A program made the position numbers and the translations under genes. Of a DNA stretch of 64,000 nt, positions 19,724 through 29,359 are shown one piece after another. Origin of the DNA: Ignavibacteria bacterium (lineage in GTDB: Bacteria; Bacteroidota; Ignavibacteria; Kapaibacteriales; Kapaibacteriaceae); the NCBI GenBank assembly GCA_947495975.1, contig CANMBE010000009.1, forward strand, positions 14,560-78,559. Reading direction: 5' to 3'. The notes beneath the pieces were generated by a model. That model had not been told where the DNA came from. It was given only the letters and a program-made list of their open reading frames with translations, and ran no database searches. Numbering within the stretch: position 1 is the stretch's first letter; every line of letters begins with the position of its first letter.

Positions 19724-21265
19724 TTACTCCCATTCAATGGTGGCAGGGGGCTTCGACGATATGTCGTAAACCACTCGATTGATTCCTCGAACTTCATTAA
19801 TAATGCGATTGCTCATTCGTGCCAACACATCGTAGGGCATATGGTACCAGTCAGCAGTCATACCATCTGTGCTTGTTACAGCTCGCAAGCCACATACGTT
19901 CTCATACGTGCGTTCGTCTCCCATCACACCAACTGTACGCACTGGGAGCAGTACCGCAAACGCTTGCCAGATCTCGTTGTAGAGTCCAGCATTACGAATC
20001 TCTTCAAGATAGATCTCATCAGCTTCGCGTAGGATCTCGAGCTTTTCAGGAGTAATTGCGCCAGGAATACGGATTGCAAGTCCTGGACCTGGGAACGGAT
20101 GACGCTCAACAAACCAATCAGGAATTCCTAACTCGCGGCCAACAGCGCGCACTTCATCTTTGAAGAGTTCGCGAAAAGGTTCAATGAGTTGCAAGTTCAT
20201 CTTGTCGGGCAAGCCACCAACATTATGGTGCGTCTTAATGGTTGCAGACGGACCTTTGATGCTTACGGACTCAATCACATCCGGATAAAGCGTGCCTTGA
20301 GCCAGGAACTTTGCGTCAGAGAAATTGCTCGCTTCAATTTCAAAGAGGTCAATGAATGCTCCACCAATGATCTTGCGTTTGCGTTCGGGATCTTCAACGC
20401 CATCGAGCCTCGAAAGAAACATGTCTTTGCCATCTACAAGATCAACGGTCATGGAAAAATGAGTCTTAAACATCTCAATGATGTTGTCGCTCTCACCCTT
20501 ACGCATAAGACCACTATCGATGTGAATGCAGTGCACTTTGTCGCCAATTGCCTTGTGAAGCAACACGGCAGCAACTGTTGAGTCTACTCCACCACTCAAC
20601 GCACAAATCACAGCACCATCACCTACCGTTGAGCGAATCTCTGCGAGAGCTGCATCTATAAAGGACGTAGCATTCCATGTTGTTTCACAACCACAGATTG
20701 TGGTAACAAAGTTGCGCAAGATTGTTTTTCCTTCGTTGCTGTGATGCACTTCGGGATGAAACTGCACGCCCCATATTTTTCGTTCAACATTGCGAATGGC
20801 ACAAATATCAGCGTTCTCCGTGTGAGCAATGCGCTCAAAGCCAGGAGGTATTTTGGTGATGTGATCGCCATGACTCATCCATACCTGTGATGTAGGACTT
20901 AAGCCGTGGAGAAGGTCACTTGTATCGTCAACCACGAGTGTAGCGCGGCCAAATTCACGACGCGCTGCTTTGTCTACAACTCCACCAAGTTGATACGCAA
21001 CCAGTTGAAGTCCATAACAAATGCCTAACACAGGCACACCCAAGTCAAAGACATCAAATTCGGGTAGTGGTGCATCGTCCGAATACACACTGGAGGGTCC
21101 ACCAGACAGTATGATTCCTTTGGGGTGCAACGCTGCAAGTTCTATTTGACCAATGGAATAGGGATGGATCTCTGCATACACGCCAACCTCGCGCACTTTA
21201 CGTGCGATAAGCTGTGTGTATTGCGAACCAAAGTCGAGAATAATGATACGCTCTGCGTGTGTCAT
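19724..21265 (-). CDS. guaA: GMP synthase (glutamine-hydrolysing)
   Basis: [57 protein letters not shown]. Confidence 0.99.
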   Translation of the reverse strand: MTHAERIIILDFGSQYTQLIARKVREVGVYAEIHPYSIGQIELAALHPKGIILSGGPSSVYSDDAPLPEFDVFDLGVPVLGICYGLQLVAYQLGGVVDKAARREFGRATLVVDDTSDLLHGLSPTSQVWMSHGDHITKIPPGFERIAHTENADICAIRNVERKIWGVQFHPEVHHSNEGKTILRNFVTTICGCETTWNATSFIDAALAEIRSTVGDGAVICALSGGVDSTVAAVLLHKAIGDKVHCIHIDSGLMRKGESDNIIEMFKTHFSMTVDLVDGKDMFLSRLDGVEDPERKRKIIGGAFIDLFEIEASNFSDAKFLAQGTLYPDVIESVSIKGPSATIKTHHNVGGLPDKMNLQLIEPFRELFKDEVRAVGRELGIPDWFVERHPFPGPGLAIRIPGAITPEKLEILREADEIYLEEIRNAGLYNEIWQAFAVLLPVRTVGVMGDERTYENVCGLRAVTSTDGMTADWYHMPYDVLARMSNRIINEVRGINRVVYDISSKPPATIEWE

Positions 21266-21269
21266 GCTG

Positions 21270-21277
21270 CAAAGTTA
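21270..21277 (-). promoter_or_regulatory. -7 element TAACTTTG, 4 nt upstream of the guaA ATG
   Basis: Minus strand reads TAACTTTG-CAGC-ATG; exact TAnnTTTG match. Confidence 0.65.
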
Positions 21278-21309
21278 CGACCTATGCCGTCCGCAAGTAG
21301 ACTTACACA

Positions 21310-22563
21310 TCAATGCTCTACATAGTCTAGTTCTTTTCCATACGTTTCCTTCAAAAACACGAGCCCTGTAAACGCAATGGCCATTGTTAGGCATCCAACG
21401 ATCACGGCTCCTGAGACAAGGGGCTGGCCAGGGAAGAGGACCTGGTCACTTTTTCGTAGTGCAGCAAAAACCAGGAGCGCTGGCATAAGTCCACCTCGAA
21501 CAACGTTCGGTACGGTAGTAGCAACTGTTGCCCGCAGGTTTGTCCCAAACTGTTCTGCTGCTGTAGTAACAAAGACAGCCCAATAGCCGGCTGAGAATCC
21601 AAGCACGCATGTCTGGATGTAAGTGAGTGTCTCAGTTTTCGCTGGCGTAAAGAGGTACCATGTCACACTTGCTGTTGTGAGAAGCAAAAAGACAAGAATC
21701 GTCTTGCGCCGGCTCTTAAGTAACTGGCTTACGAGGCCGCTGGCAAGATCCCCAGCAGCAAGCCCTACATAGGCCCACATCACAGCCAAACCAGCAACCA
21801 CATTTGCAGAGCCCCCTCCCTCGCGGGTGAACTCAGGCGCAAACGTTACAAGAATGCCGATCACAAACCAGACCGGGACGCCGATTGCTACACTGCTGAG
21901 ATAGGTACCCAACCTACGTTTCTTAAAAATCATCAGGAAGTTGCCACGAGAAACGGGCTTGTCTTCGATGTTGTTGAACATACCAGACTCTCGAACCCGC
22001 ACGCGCATCCCGAGGAGACAGAGCCCCAGAACGCCACCAATGATGAAGGCTACACGCCAATCCGTCAACTGGTGAACAGCATACGCCCCAACAGCACCAA
22101 GAATTCCCATCGATGCAACGATTGTAGTGCCATAACCCCGAGAGTGTTTTGGCATTACTTCACTCACCAGGGTAATGGCAACTCCAAGCTCACCAGCAAG
22201 GCCAATTCCGGAAAGGAACCTGAATGTTGCATACATCGGCACGCTGGTTACGAAGGCATTCGCGATGTTCATTACCGAATACATCAAGATGCTACCGAGC
22301 AATACTGAGAGTCGGCCCTTCTTATCCGCTAGAATGCCAAAGAGCAGACCACCAATAAGCATCCCAACCATCTGCGCATTGAGAATCATCTCGCTAGCAT
22401 CCTGAATACCACCAGGCAATACACCGATTGCCGCCAGGGACTCTGGCCTGACAATGGAGAAGAGTATCAGGTCATAGATATCCACAAAATAGCCCAGTCC
22501 ACACACTAGCACAGTAAGCCAGATGCGGGTAGACATCGTAGAATCTTTCGTTGCTGAAACCAT
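21310..22563 (-). CDS. MFS transporter (true start possibly 22536)
   Basis: LGYFVDIYD, GILADKKGR (motif A), GIGLAGE, about 12 TM. Confidence 0.92.
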   Translation of the reverse strand: MVSATKDSTMSTRIWLTVLVCGLGYFVDIYDLILFSIVRPESLAAIGVLPGGIQDASEMILNAQMVGMLIGGLLFGILADKKGRLSVLLGSILMYSVMNIANAFVTSVPMYATFRFLSGIGLAGELGVAITLVSEVMPKHSRGYGTTIVASMGILGAVGAYAVHQLTDWRVAFIIGGVLGLCLLGMRVRVRESGMFNNIEDKPVSRGNFLMIFKKRRLGTYLSSVAIGVPVWFVIGILVTFAPEFTREGGGSANVVAGLAVMWAYVGLAAGDLASGLVSQLLKSRRKTILVFLLLTTASVTWYLFTPAKTETLTYIQTCVLGFSAGYWAVFVTTAAEQFGTNLRATVATTVPNVVRGGLMPALLVFAALRKSDQVLFPGQPLVSGAVIVGCLTMAIAFTGLVFLKETYGKELDYVEH

Positions 22564-22580
22564 GGCGTATTATCTACCGA

Positions 22581-22991
22581 TCAAAGTGAAGATGGTCCAA
22601 AAGCGTTGGGAAGTAATTCTGATAGGTTGTACCATACGTCCTTGCGATCAGGGGTGGTACACAGGATAGGCATATCTGGGGCACACTCAAACAGCACCTG
22701 CCGGCATGCACCACATGGCGACGCAGGTTGTCTGGCTTCAGTAACCACAACACAGAATTGAATGTCGCGGCGTCCAGCAACCGTAGCTGCAGCTATAGCC
22801 GCACGCTCAGCACAGTTTGTAAGTCCATAGCTTGCATTCTCTACATTGCAGCCTACATGGATTGCACCACTACCATCAACAACTGCAGCACCCACTCGGA
22901 ATGCCGAGTATGGCGCATATGCATGTTCACGTGCCAGTAGTGCAGCATTGACAGCAGCATGTACCAGAGCATTATTCATCTCGAATTTCAT
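22581..22991 (-). CDS. cdd: Cytidine deaminase
   Basis: AYAPYSAFRVGAA, GCNVENASYG, CAERAA, SPCGACRQ Zn motifs. Confidence 0.96.
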   Translation of the reverse strand: MKFEMNNALVHAAVNAALLAREHAYAPYSAFRVGAAVVDGSGAIHVGCNVENASYGLTNCAERAAIAAATVAGRRDIQFCVVVTEARQPASPCGACRQVLFECAPDMPILCTTPDRKDVWYNLSELLPNAFGPSSL

Positions 22992-23006
22992 TGCACCAAT
23001 CTACGT

Positions 23007-23894
23007 ATGGATTGTACACGTTCACTTCTTCGTTGGTACCGAAAAAACGCTCGCACGTTCCCATGGCGTATCGAGAAACCAGATCCCTACGTTGTGCTCG
23101 TTTCAGAAACGATGCTTCAGCAAACACAGACATCGCGCGTAGCAGAAGCACTTCCAAAATTCTTAGAGCGATTTCCAACGATAGAGACACTTGCAAAAGC
23201 GACCAACGGAGATGTGATTCGGCAATGGAAAGGGCTCGGCTACAACTCTAGAGCCCTGCGGCTGCGAGATGCAGCCAAGGCGGTAGTAGCAGACCATGGT
23301 GGTATTATTCCGCGCAGTCTTCCTCTCCTTCAATCACTCCCTGGTGTGGGGCCATACACATCTGCAGCTTTTCTATGTTTTGCGCACAATAAGAAGGTCG
23401 TTGTCCTTGATGTAAACGTACGGCGTGTGTATTCGCGACTTATGAAGCGTCAGCGCACAACAGCCGATACGGAAACCGACAATACACTCATTCCATTTGC
23501 AGAGTCATTCATCCCTGCACGCAGTGCAGCAGAATGGCACCATGCAGTGATGGATCTTGGTGCCACGATTTGCACTGCTAGATCTCCAGCATGTACGAGC
23601 TGCCCCCTCGCACAATCATGTCCATCTAACAGCATACTCATTAACGTTGCACGCGCGAAAAAGCGCGAACCAGAATTCCGTGGTGATCCACGCAGGCTGT
23701 GGCGCGGACGGTTTATTGACGTGCTCCGCAGGTGCAGTCCACGTACGGAGTTAAAACTCAGTGTTCTATTCAAGCGTGCTGCAGGGAGCCCCTTGCTTGA
23801 TGACGAACAGGAATGGTACGCGGCAACGTTAGAGCAACTTCAAACAGATGGATTCATACGTCTCATGCCGAAGGGTGTGCGGCTTGCAGATTAG
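23007..23894 (+). CDS. mutY: A/G-specific adenine glycosylase MutY, short form (start moved to ATG 23007)
   Basis: VSETMLQQT, WKGLGYNSRA, LPGVGPYT (HhH), LDVNVRRV, CTARSPACTSCPLAQSC [4Fe-4S]. Confidence 0.9.
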   Translation: MDCTRSLLRWYRKNARTFPWRIEKPDPYVVLVSETMLQQTQTSRVAEALPKFLERFPTIETLAKATNGDVIRQWKGLGYNSRALRLRDAAKAVVADHGGIIPRSLPLLQSLPGVGPYTSAAFLCFAHNKKVVVLDVNVRRVYSRLMKRQRTTADTETDNTLIPFAESFIPARSAAEWHHAVMDLGATICTARSPACTSCPLAQSCPSNSILINVARAKKREPEFRGDPRRLWRGRFIDVLRRCSPRTELKLSVLFKRAAGSPLLDDEQEWYAATLEQLQTDGFIRLMPKGVRLAD

Positions 23895-25174
23895 AGAGTA
23901 ATCGATAATCCAGCGGTGAAGATGTTAAAGGTGCTCACGTTATAGTCAACAGCAATTCTTACTGGTCCATATCCGAGTGAAGCGCCTATGGTCCACTTCA
24001 CATTCGTATTCATCGCTTTTACGATTGAGGTCTGTGGTCTCAAATCGCCGGGCTGATCAAGGGTAGGTATTGCACGTTGTCCAAGCGGTGGAGCTGGCAA
24101 CAGTCCAAGTTCAATCTGTGTTTCTTGTGGAAGCACATACGTGTAATTGCTCGTCACTGCAATGTTTTCGTATGCTATTCCGGTGTAGATGTCTAACACC
24201 TTCCAGAGGTTTTTACTGGCGTGCATGTTTACGCTGTAGATCGAAGCGTTGGCATCGAGTTTTGATTCTGTAAAGCCAACGGTATTGCGAAGACGCGTTC
24301 CTTGATACACACCTTGTATGGCAAGGTCAAACCATCGCTCGGGAAAATATTGAGACAGACTATGCTTTATACCAATGCCCCAGAAAGAGAACTCGCCAAC
24401 GTTAGGGTCAAACTCTATAGGCGGAAGAAACCGAATGAGAAGTTCTGTGCCGAACAGTGCGCCAATTTCGATTTGAGGTACGGCAGCAATAATTCTCGTC
24501 ATGTCTACACCCGGTGGCAGTGTAAGAAAGCCAACCAAGTTCACATTAGAAACGAGTGCGTCAATTGTTGCCTTGCTTGCTGCATCGAGCAACTTGTATT
24601 CAGCCCTGTTGTGAAGAACCGAGAGGAGTTGTGCGTTTGTTGGCAGTAAAACAACATTATCTGGCCGCTGACCAAACAGGGTTGCAGCACTGTCTGGCAG
24701 CACAATAAATCCACTGTCTTGGGAATCACGAAAAAGCTCTTGCACCAGCATTGTGGCAAGACCCAGAGTGTCAGAATACAACGGACCAATCACGAAAGAA
24801 GGGCCCGATGGTCCAATGACAACCTTGCCATATTTTGCTAGCTCAACCAGCACATTCACACGCGGACCAAGATCAATTTGTGGTGTATACCAGCGCTGAT
24901 CTTCGTTGATGTAGCCACTCATTCCATTGACGCTGACACGTACATATGGACGATCAACTGCGTCCGGCACATATGCCCGATCATAGAACCGGGCGTTTGA
25001 TGTTGCATTTATCGTGTTTACCATCGGTTGGATATACGGCACTGCATTACTCTCAAAGAGATCTTTGAGAATTGCGCGTGTGATGTCAACAGCCAGTGGA
25101 TTATAGAACTGCTGCGCCTGAATGTGTGTAGCAAACAGTATCACAATCAGAAAAACGATTGATTTTTTTATCAT
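23891..25174 (-). CDS. Outer-membrane beta-barrel-like protein (DUF6588-like); start moved to 25174
   Basis: Signal peptide HIQA|Q; ATGA overlap with the upstream gene; VPQIEIG...IRFLP...WGIGIKHSLSQY; C-terminal FTAGLSITL. Confidence 0.6.
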   Translation of the reverse strand: MIKKSIVFLIVILFATHIQAQQFYNPLAVDITRAILKDLFESNAVPYIQPMVNTINATSNARFYDRAYVPDAVDRPYVRVSVNGMSGYINEDQRWYTPQIDLGPRVNVLVELAKYGKVVIGPSGPSFVIGPLYSDTLGLATMLVQELFRDSQDSGFIVLPDSAATLFGQRPDNVVLLPTNAQLLSVLHNRAEYKLLDAASKATIDALVSNVNLVGFLTLPPGVDMTRIIAAVPQIEIGALFGTELLIRFLPPIEFDPNVGEFSFWGIGIKHSLSQYFPERWFDLAIQGVYQGTRLRNTVGFTESKLDANASIYSVNMHASKNLWKVLDIYTGIAYENIAVTSNYTYVLPQETQIELGLLPAPPLGQRAIPTLDQPGDLRPQTSIVKAMNTNVKWTIGASLGYGPVRIAVDYNVSTFNIFTAGLSITL

Positions 25175-25356
25175 TGAGTAAGAAGCTTCTTGCGAATGAA
25201 AATGTAAATCGGCACAGCAATCATGGCAATGAGTACAAGTCCCATGAGGTCTAGCGCCAACGCAAAAACATTCCGCATAATCCACCACAGTACTTTAAGC
25301 ACAACGTAGCCAATTGCGAGTGAGAAGATAACTGCGAGAATTGTTTTGATGTTCAT
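25171..25356 (-). CDS. Small membrane protein (61 aa, 2 TM)
   Basis: MNIKTILAVIFSLAIGYVVLKVLWW...; ATGA overlaps at both ends. Confidence 0.7.
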   Translation of the reverse strand: MNIKTILAVIFSLAIGYVVLKVLWWIMRNVFALALDLMGLVLIAMIAVPIYIFIRKKLLTQ

Positions 25357-26666
25357 TGTTGGTGTAGTTCGTGAAGCATAGAGCCAAGTTGATGAGCAGC
25401 AGCGCGACGTTCGTATTTGGCGATTTCTTGCACATTCGGTTGTGTAATTGATTCGCCCCTTATCCAACGATCAAAAAACATGCCGATGATTTCGGAGATT
25501 CCAGAGATGTTGTCCTGCGATGCACTGAGGCCAGCCGAGGTTTCCACAAGCAATGCCTCGATAGCGCTACCAGCTGGTGCGAGGGCAATAATCGGACGCC
25601 CTACGCCAAGGTATTCGTAGACCTTGCCTGGTACGATTTCTGCGCTCTCTTTGGCGTCATCAACGATAAGAAGCGAGGCTTCGCTTTTCATCACATATCC
25701 TATGCTCTCTGCATGCGGCACGTAGCCAACAATCTCTATGGAGGGGGCGAATCGTGACGATTGGAACATCGCTAGCACTTCATCGCCAAAACGTCCTACA
25801 AAGCGCAGGTGCACGTCTGAGGGGGTTATTAGGCCCTGATTGGCCAACAGATCTAGAGCATCAAAAAATGCTTTCGGTGTTCGCCTGCCGTACATCGAGC
25901 CCGTGTAGGTAATGGTGAACTTGTCATTGCGTTCGTACACAGCGTTGGGAAAGTCTGAGGCATCGTATCCATTTGGAACATGCTTGAATTTGGACCTGTT
26001 GAGGTGCGGGTACTTCCGGAGGGCATCGTCTATGATTCCCGTCCACGCACACTCTACCATATCGGCCTCATTAAATACAGAGCGCTCAAGAGATCGATCG
26101 ATTGCCGCAGGAAGAAACCATCTGTCTGGGGTGGTAAGAAACTCTGTCCATGGATCTCGGAAACCTGCAATCCATGGTAGCCCGGTTTTCCGTTTGATTG
26201 ATCGCGCAATCAGGGCGCACGTATACGGAGGTGAGGAGCTATAGATTGCTTGAATGTTGTGTTTGTGCACCAACTCCACTCCAACTTTTGCCGCCTTCCG
26301 TAGCCAAGCAATTCGTGCATCAGGAATGAAGACTGTTGCTCGCACCCATTCCGCCAAACGCTCCTTGACACCTTTTCTCTGCGTCCCTGCCTTGTTCACG
26401 TTCACGTCTATCGCAGCCCCTTTTCGCCCCATGAACTTCCGATAGAGATCATAGGGCTCAAGAATAGGAACGCGAACAACCGTAACGTCCAACGGGATTT
26501 TTGCAAGGAGAGATTCATCGCGCGCTGGGAAGTCTCCATTCTCAACAGTTAGTACCATTGGATGCCATCCTGTTTCGCGCAAATACGTGATGTGCTTCAA
26601 CACACGCTGCACACCGGGCCCACCGCCGGGAGGGAAGTGGTAAGCAATCACAAGGATAGTCTTCAT
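25353..26666 (-). CDS. GT4-family glycosyltransferase (start moved to 26666)
   Basis: VIAYHFPPGGGPGVQR, SSSPPYT, AGFRDPW, VPNGYD, YTGSMY, PGKVYEYL; ATGA overlap with the methyltransferase stop. Confidence 0.9.
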   Translation of the reverse strand: MKTILVIAYHFPPGGGPGVQRVLKHITYLRETGWHPMVLTVENGDFPARDESLLAKIPLDVTVVRVPILEPYDLYRKFMGRKGAAIDVNVNKAGTQRKGVKERLAEWVRATVFIPDARIAWLRKAAKVGVELVHKHNIQAIYSSSPPYTCALIARSIKRKTGLPWIAGFRDPWTEFLTTPDRWFLPAAIDRSLERSVFNEADMVECAWTGIIDDALRKYPHLNRSKFKHVPNGYDASDFPNAVYERNDKFTITYTGSMYGRRTPKAFFDALDLLANQGLITPSDVHLRFVGRFGDEVLAMFQSSRFAPSIEIVGYVPHAESIGYVMKSEASLLIVDDAKESAEIVPGKVYEYLGVGRPIIALAPAGSAIEALLVETSAGLSASQDNISGISEIIGMFFDRWIRGESITQPNVQEIAKYERRAAAHQLGSMLHELHQQ

Positions 26667-27490
26667 GCAGGCAGTTGGAAGATGAAGGCTGCTTCCATAG
26701 CGAGGGAGCGAACAAAAGGTAATGACCGAATGGCTGTGACCTCTAGGCTTGGGATCGGTCTTTGGTATTTCCAACGGAACACGGGGCGCAATGCAAAGTA
26801 GCGTTCGCCAAGAACGAGGAGACCGGCATCCTTCGCTGCCTTTATAACGCCCAAAGCTGTGCAACGAATCACGTGTAATCGTTCAAGTTCTTCTTGGTTC
26901 ACTGGGTTACCCTTGCGAACGAAGTTGCTGAAGATTGACCACGGCAACATGTGCAGAAAGGGTAACGCACCGGCCTTCGTACCCATCAACTGTTGGTGTC
27001 CACCAAATGGCGACGTATACGGTGGAAATGTTACCACCACCACACCACCCGGTGTTAACAGTCTCGCAATATTCTTCAATGCAATTGTTGGATCATCCAG
27101 ATGTTCAATCACATCACGAAGCAGAACAATGCTAAACCTGCCGCGCCATTCAACAGGAATGTCTTCATAAATCACATCGTGTTGCGTGAATTCCATCGGC
27201 AGGCCAAGTGATTGCCACAACGGGTCACTGATCTGCGAAAGGAGAGCCCCTTGAATATCAGTTCCCAATGTAAGCGATGCGCCTCGCTCAGCAAAGGCCG
27301 CCAGCACACCACCCTCGGCGCACCCAATTTCACATACGGCTGCACGCGGCTGTAACAGGCCGTGCTGTTCAAGCCACGGAATGAGAGTATGTACAGCCAA
27401 TCGGTACTGCATACGCACATTTCGAATCGTGCGCGGATGAAGATCCATCTGCGCAACACGATCGGCAAGGTCGAGATGTAAGGGGCTCAT
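26663..27490 (-). CDS. Class I SAM-dependent methyltransferase
   Basis: VCEIGCAEGG motif I, LLRDVIEHL, LLTPGGVV, FPPYTSPFGGHQ. Confidence 0.88.
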   Translation of the reverse strand: MSPLHLDLADRVAQMDLHPRTIRNVRMQYRLAVHTLIPWLEQHGLLQPRAAVCEIGCAEGGVLAAFAERGASLTLGTDIQGALLSQISDPLWQSLGLPMEFTQHDVIYEDIPVEWRGRFSIVLLRDVIEHLDDPTIALKNIARLLTPGGVVVVTFPPYTSPFGGHQQLMGTKAGALPFLHMLPWSIFSNFVRKGNPVNQEELERLHVIRCTALGVIKAAKDAGLLVLGERYFALRPVFRWKYQRPIPSLEVTAIRSLPFVRSLAMEAAFIFQLPA

Positions 27491-27497
27491 GGAATGC

Positions 27498-27529
27498 CAA
27501 AGATAGCACGGAGCGCCACCGTATCTTTG
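27498..27529. promoter_or_regulatory. Back-to-back TATCTTTG -7 elements (putative bidirectional promoter)
   Basis: CAAAGATA (27498-27505) and TATCTTTG (27522-27529) in the 48-nt gap between divergent genes. Confidence 0.65.
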
Positions 27530-27538
27530 CGCACCCAT

Positions 27539-28537
27539 ATGAAGTACTCCATAGTAGTGGCCGTCTACAATCGGCCCGATGAGCTCAACGAGCTACTCGA
27601 AAGCCTTACACAGCAGACCTTCACAGACTTTGAAGTGATCATTGTTGAGGATGGCTCGTCAGTGAGCTCACAAGATGTCTGTTCGGCATATACTTCTCAA
27701 CTGCAGATCCACTATTATGCAAAAGAGAATAGTGGACCAGGGCCGGCGCGAAACTATGGGTGCAGACGGGCTTCTGGCGACTACTTCCTCTTTATTGATT
27801 CTGACTGCACCGTTCCACCAACATATCTCTCAGTAATCGATAGCGCCGTTGCGAAGCATGGCCTTGACGCGTTTGGTGGGCCAGATCGCGAGCATGAGAA
27901 GTTTTCGCCTATACAAAAGGCAATCAGCTTTGCCATGACGTCTATTCTCACCACAGGTGGAATCCGGGGTAGTAAGGTCCGCGTGGGCGGCGTCTTTCAT
28001 CCCCGTTCATTCAACATGGGAATATCGAGAGACGTGTTCAATGAGACTGACGGTTTTGCTCGAATGCGTTTTGGTGAAGACGTTGAGTTCAGCATTCGCA
28101 TACTCACATTAGGATTCAACGTTCAGCTTATACCTGACGCGTGGGTCTATCACAAGCGGCGCACAGATTTCAAAAAGTTCTTTACGCAGGTTCACAACAG
28201 TGGAATTGCACGAATCAACATTTCGCTTAGGCATCCTGCAACGCTAAAGATTACACACTTCTTTCCTGCTGCATTTCTTCTTTATTTTTGTTTTGCGCTT
28301 GTTGATACCCTAGTAGCACCGTACGGCTGGGTAACGCTCATACCACTCGCCCTTTATAAACTTGCGCTCTTCTTGCAAGGGGCTCTCCAATACCGATCAA
28401 TCACCTTAGGCGTGGGCTGCGTAGCGGCTTCATTTGTGCAACTCGTAGGCTACGGTTCAGGATTTATTCGCGGCATCATTTGGCGCGTTATCCTTAACAA
28501 GCCGGAACAGGGCGTAATAGAGAAAACGCTCTGTTAG
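27539..28537 (+). CDS. GT2-family glycosyltransferase (start moved to ATG 27539)
   Basis: YSIVVAVYNR, IIVEDGS, NSGPGPARNYG, FIDSDC, GEDVEFS, VYHKRR; C-terminal TMs. Confidence 0.9.
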   Translation: MKYSIVVAVYNRPDELNELLESLTQQTFTDFEVIIVEDGSSVSSQDVCSAYTSQLQIHYYAKENSGPGPARNYGCRRASGDYFLFIDSDCTVPPTYLSVIDSAVAKHGLDAFGGPDREHEKFSPIQKAISFAMTSILTTGGIRGSKVRVGGVFHPRSFNMGISRDVFNETDGFARMRFGEDVEFSIRILTLGFNVQLIPDAWVYHKRRTDFKKFFTQVHNSGIARINISLRHPATLKITHFFPAAFLLYFCFALVDTLVAPYGWVTLIPLALYKLALFLQGALQYRSITLGVGCVAASFVQLVGYGSGFIRGIIWRVILNKPEQGVIEKTLC

Positions 28538-29298
28538 AGCCTTACTTGAACCATAAACGTAAAGCTCATGTGGTAGACGATACTTTCGCCTGACTCATTG
28601 AGCGAAACTGGGGTCAAAAGCTCTCCGCGGCCACCTTCAGACGTGGGCCGTTCATCACGTCCAATGAGATTCATTGCTCCCCAGCCAATGCTGGTATTCA
28701 CAAAGACGGGATAGTAGATTTCACCTTCGAGTCCCAGACGTACTAGTCCACCAAGGCGTAATGCAGAGGGTTTACCATTGAATTCATCGCCTTGTGTAAT
28801 TGGTTCACCTTCAATGATTACAACACCAGAGCGGGTGATTGTGTTCTCGCCAACACTCAACACCCGTGCTTCAACGCCTAGGTATGCACGTGCAAATGCC
28901 CAAGGAAACTCTACAAAGGACCATTCAAAACCCGTGAGCCCCGTCCACAATGTATTCTGATGTGTAACGCGGTACGTGAATGATTCACCTTTAATGCTCT
29001 GCGATCCCTTAAATGAATAGAAGTCAACACCCAGTGGAATACGGAATTTCTTCTGCTTGTCTAAATCCGCGTAGGCACGAAATCCCCAGCCCATTTGTGC
29101 GCCATCAAAGGCTCCACCAAACGTGTTTGTGGCAGATGAGGTATCCTCTCCGCCAGCGATGCGGAATACTGCAGGATTGTTATTCGTAATCCAATCTGTG
29201 GAAATCCCGGTTGCTACACGGAAACGTACCTGGGCTTCAACTGAGACAGCTGCCAGGATTGTTAGGACGAGCAAGAGTAGATGGTGTTTACGATTCAT
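28534..29298 (-). CDS. Outer-membrane beta-barrel protein
   Basis: SVEA|Q signal; alternating strands; terminal FMVQVRL. Confidence 0.65.
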   Translation of the reverse strand: MNRKHHLLLLVLTILAAVSVEAQVRFRVATGISTDWITNNNPAVFRIAGGEDTSSATNTFGGAFDGAQMGWGFRAYADLDKQKKFRIPLGVDFYSFKGSQSIKGESFTYRVTHQNTLWTGLTGFEWSFVEFPWAFARAYLGVEARVLSVGENTITRSGVVIIEGEPITQGDEFNGKPSALRLGGLVRLGLEGEIYYPVFVNTSIGWGAMNLIGRDERPTSEGGRGELLTPVSLNESGESIVYHMSFTFMVQVRL

Positions 29299-29359
29299 GG
29301 GTGTTTAATATGTTCGGGTGCAAGACTATCGTAAGAATGACCTAACGCGTGCCTGAAGG

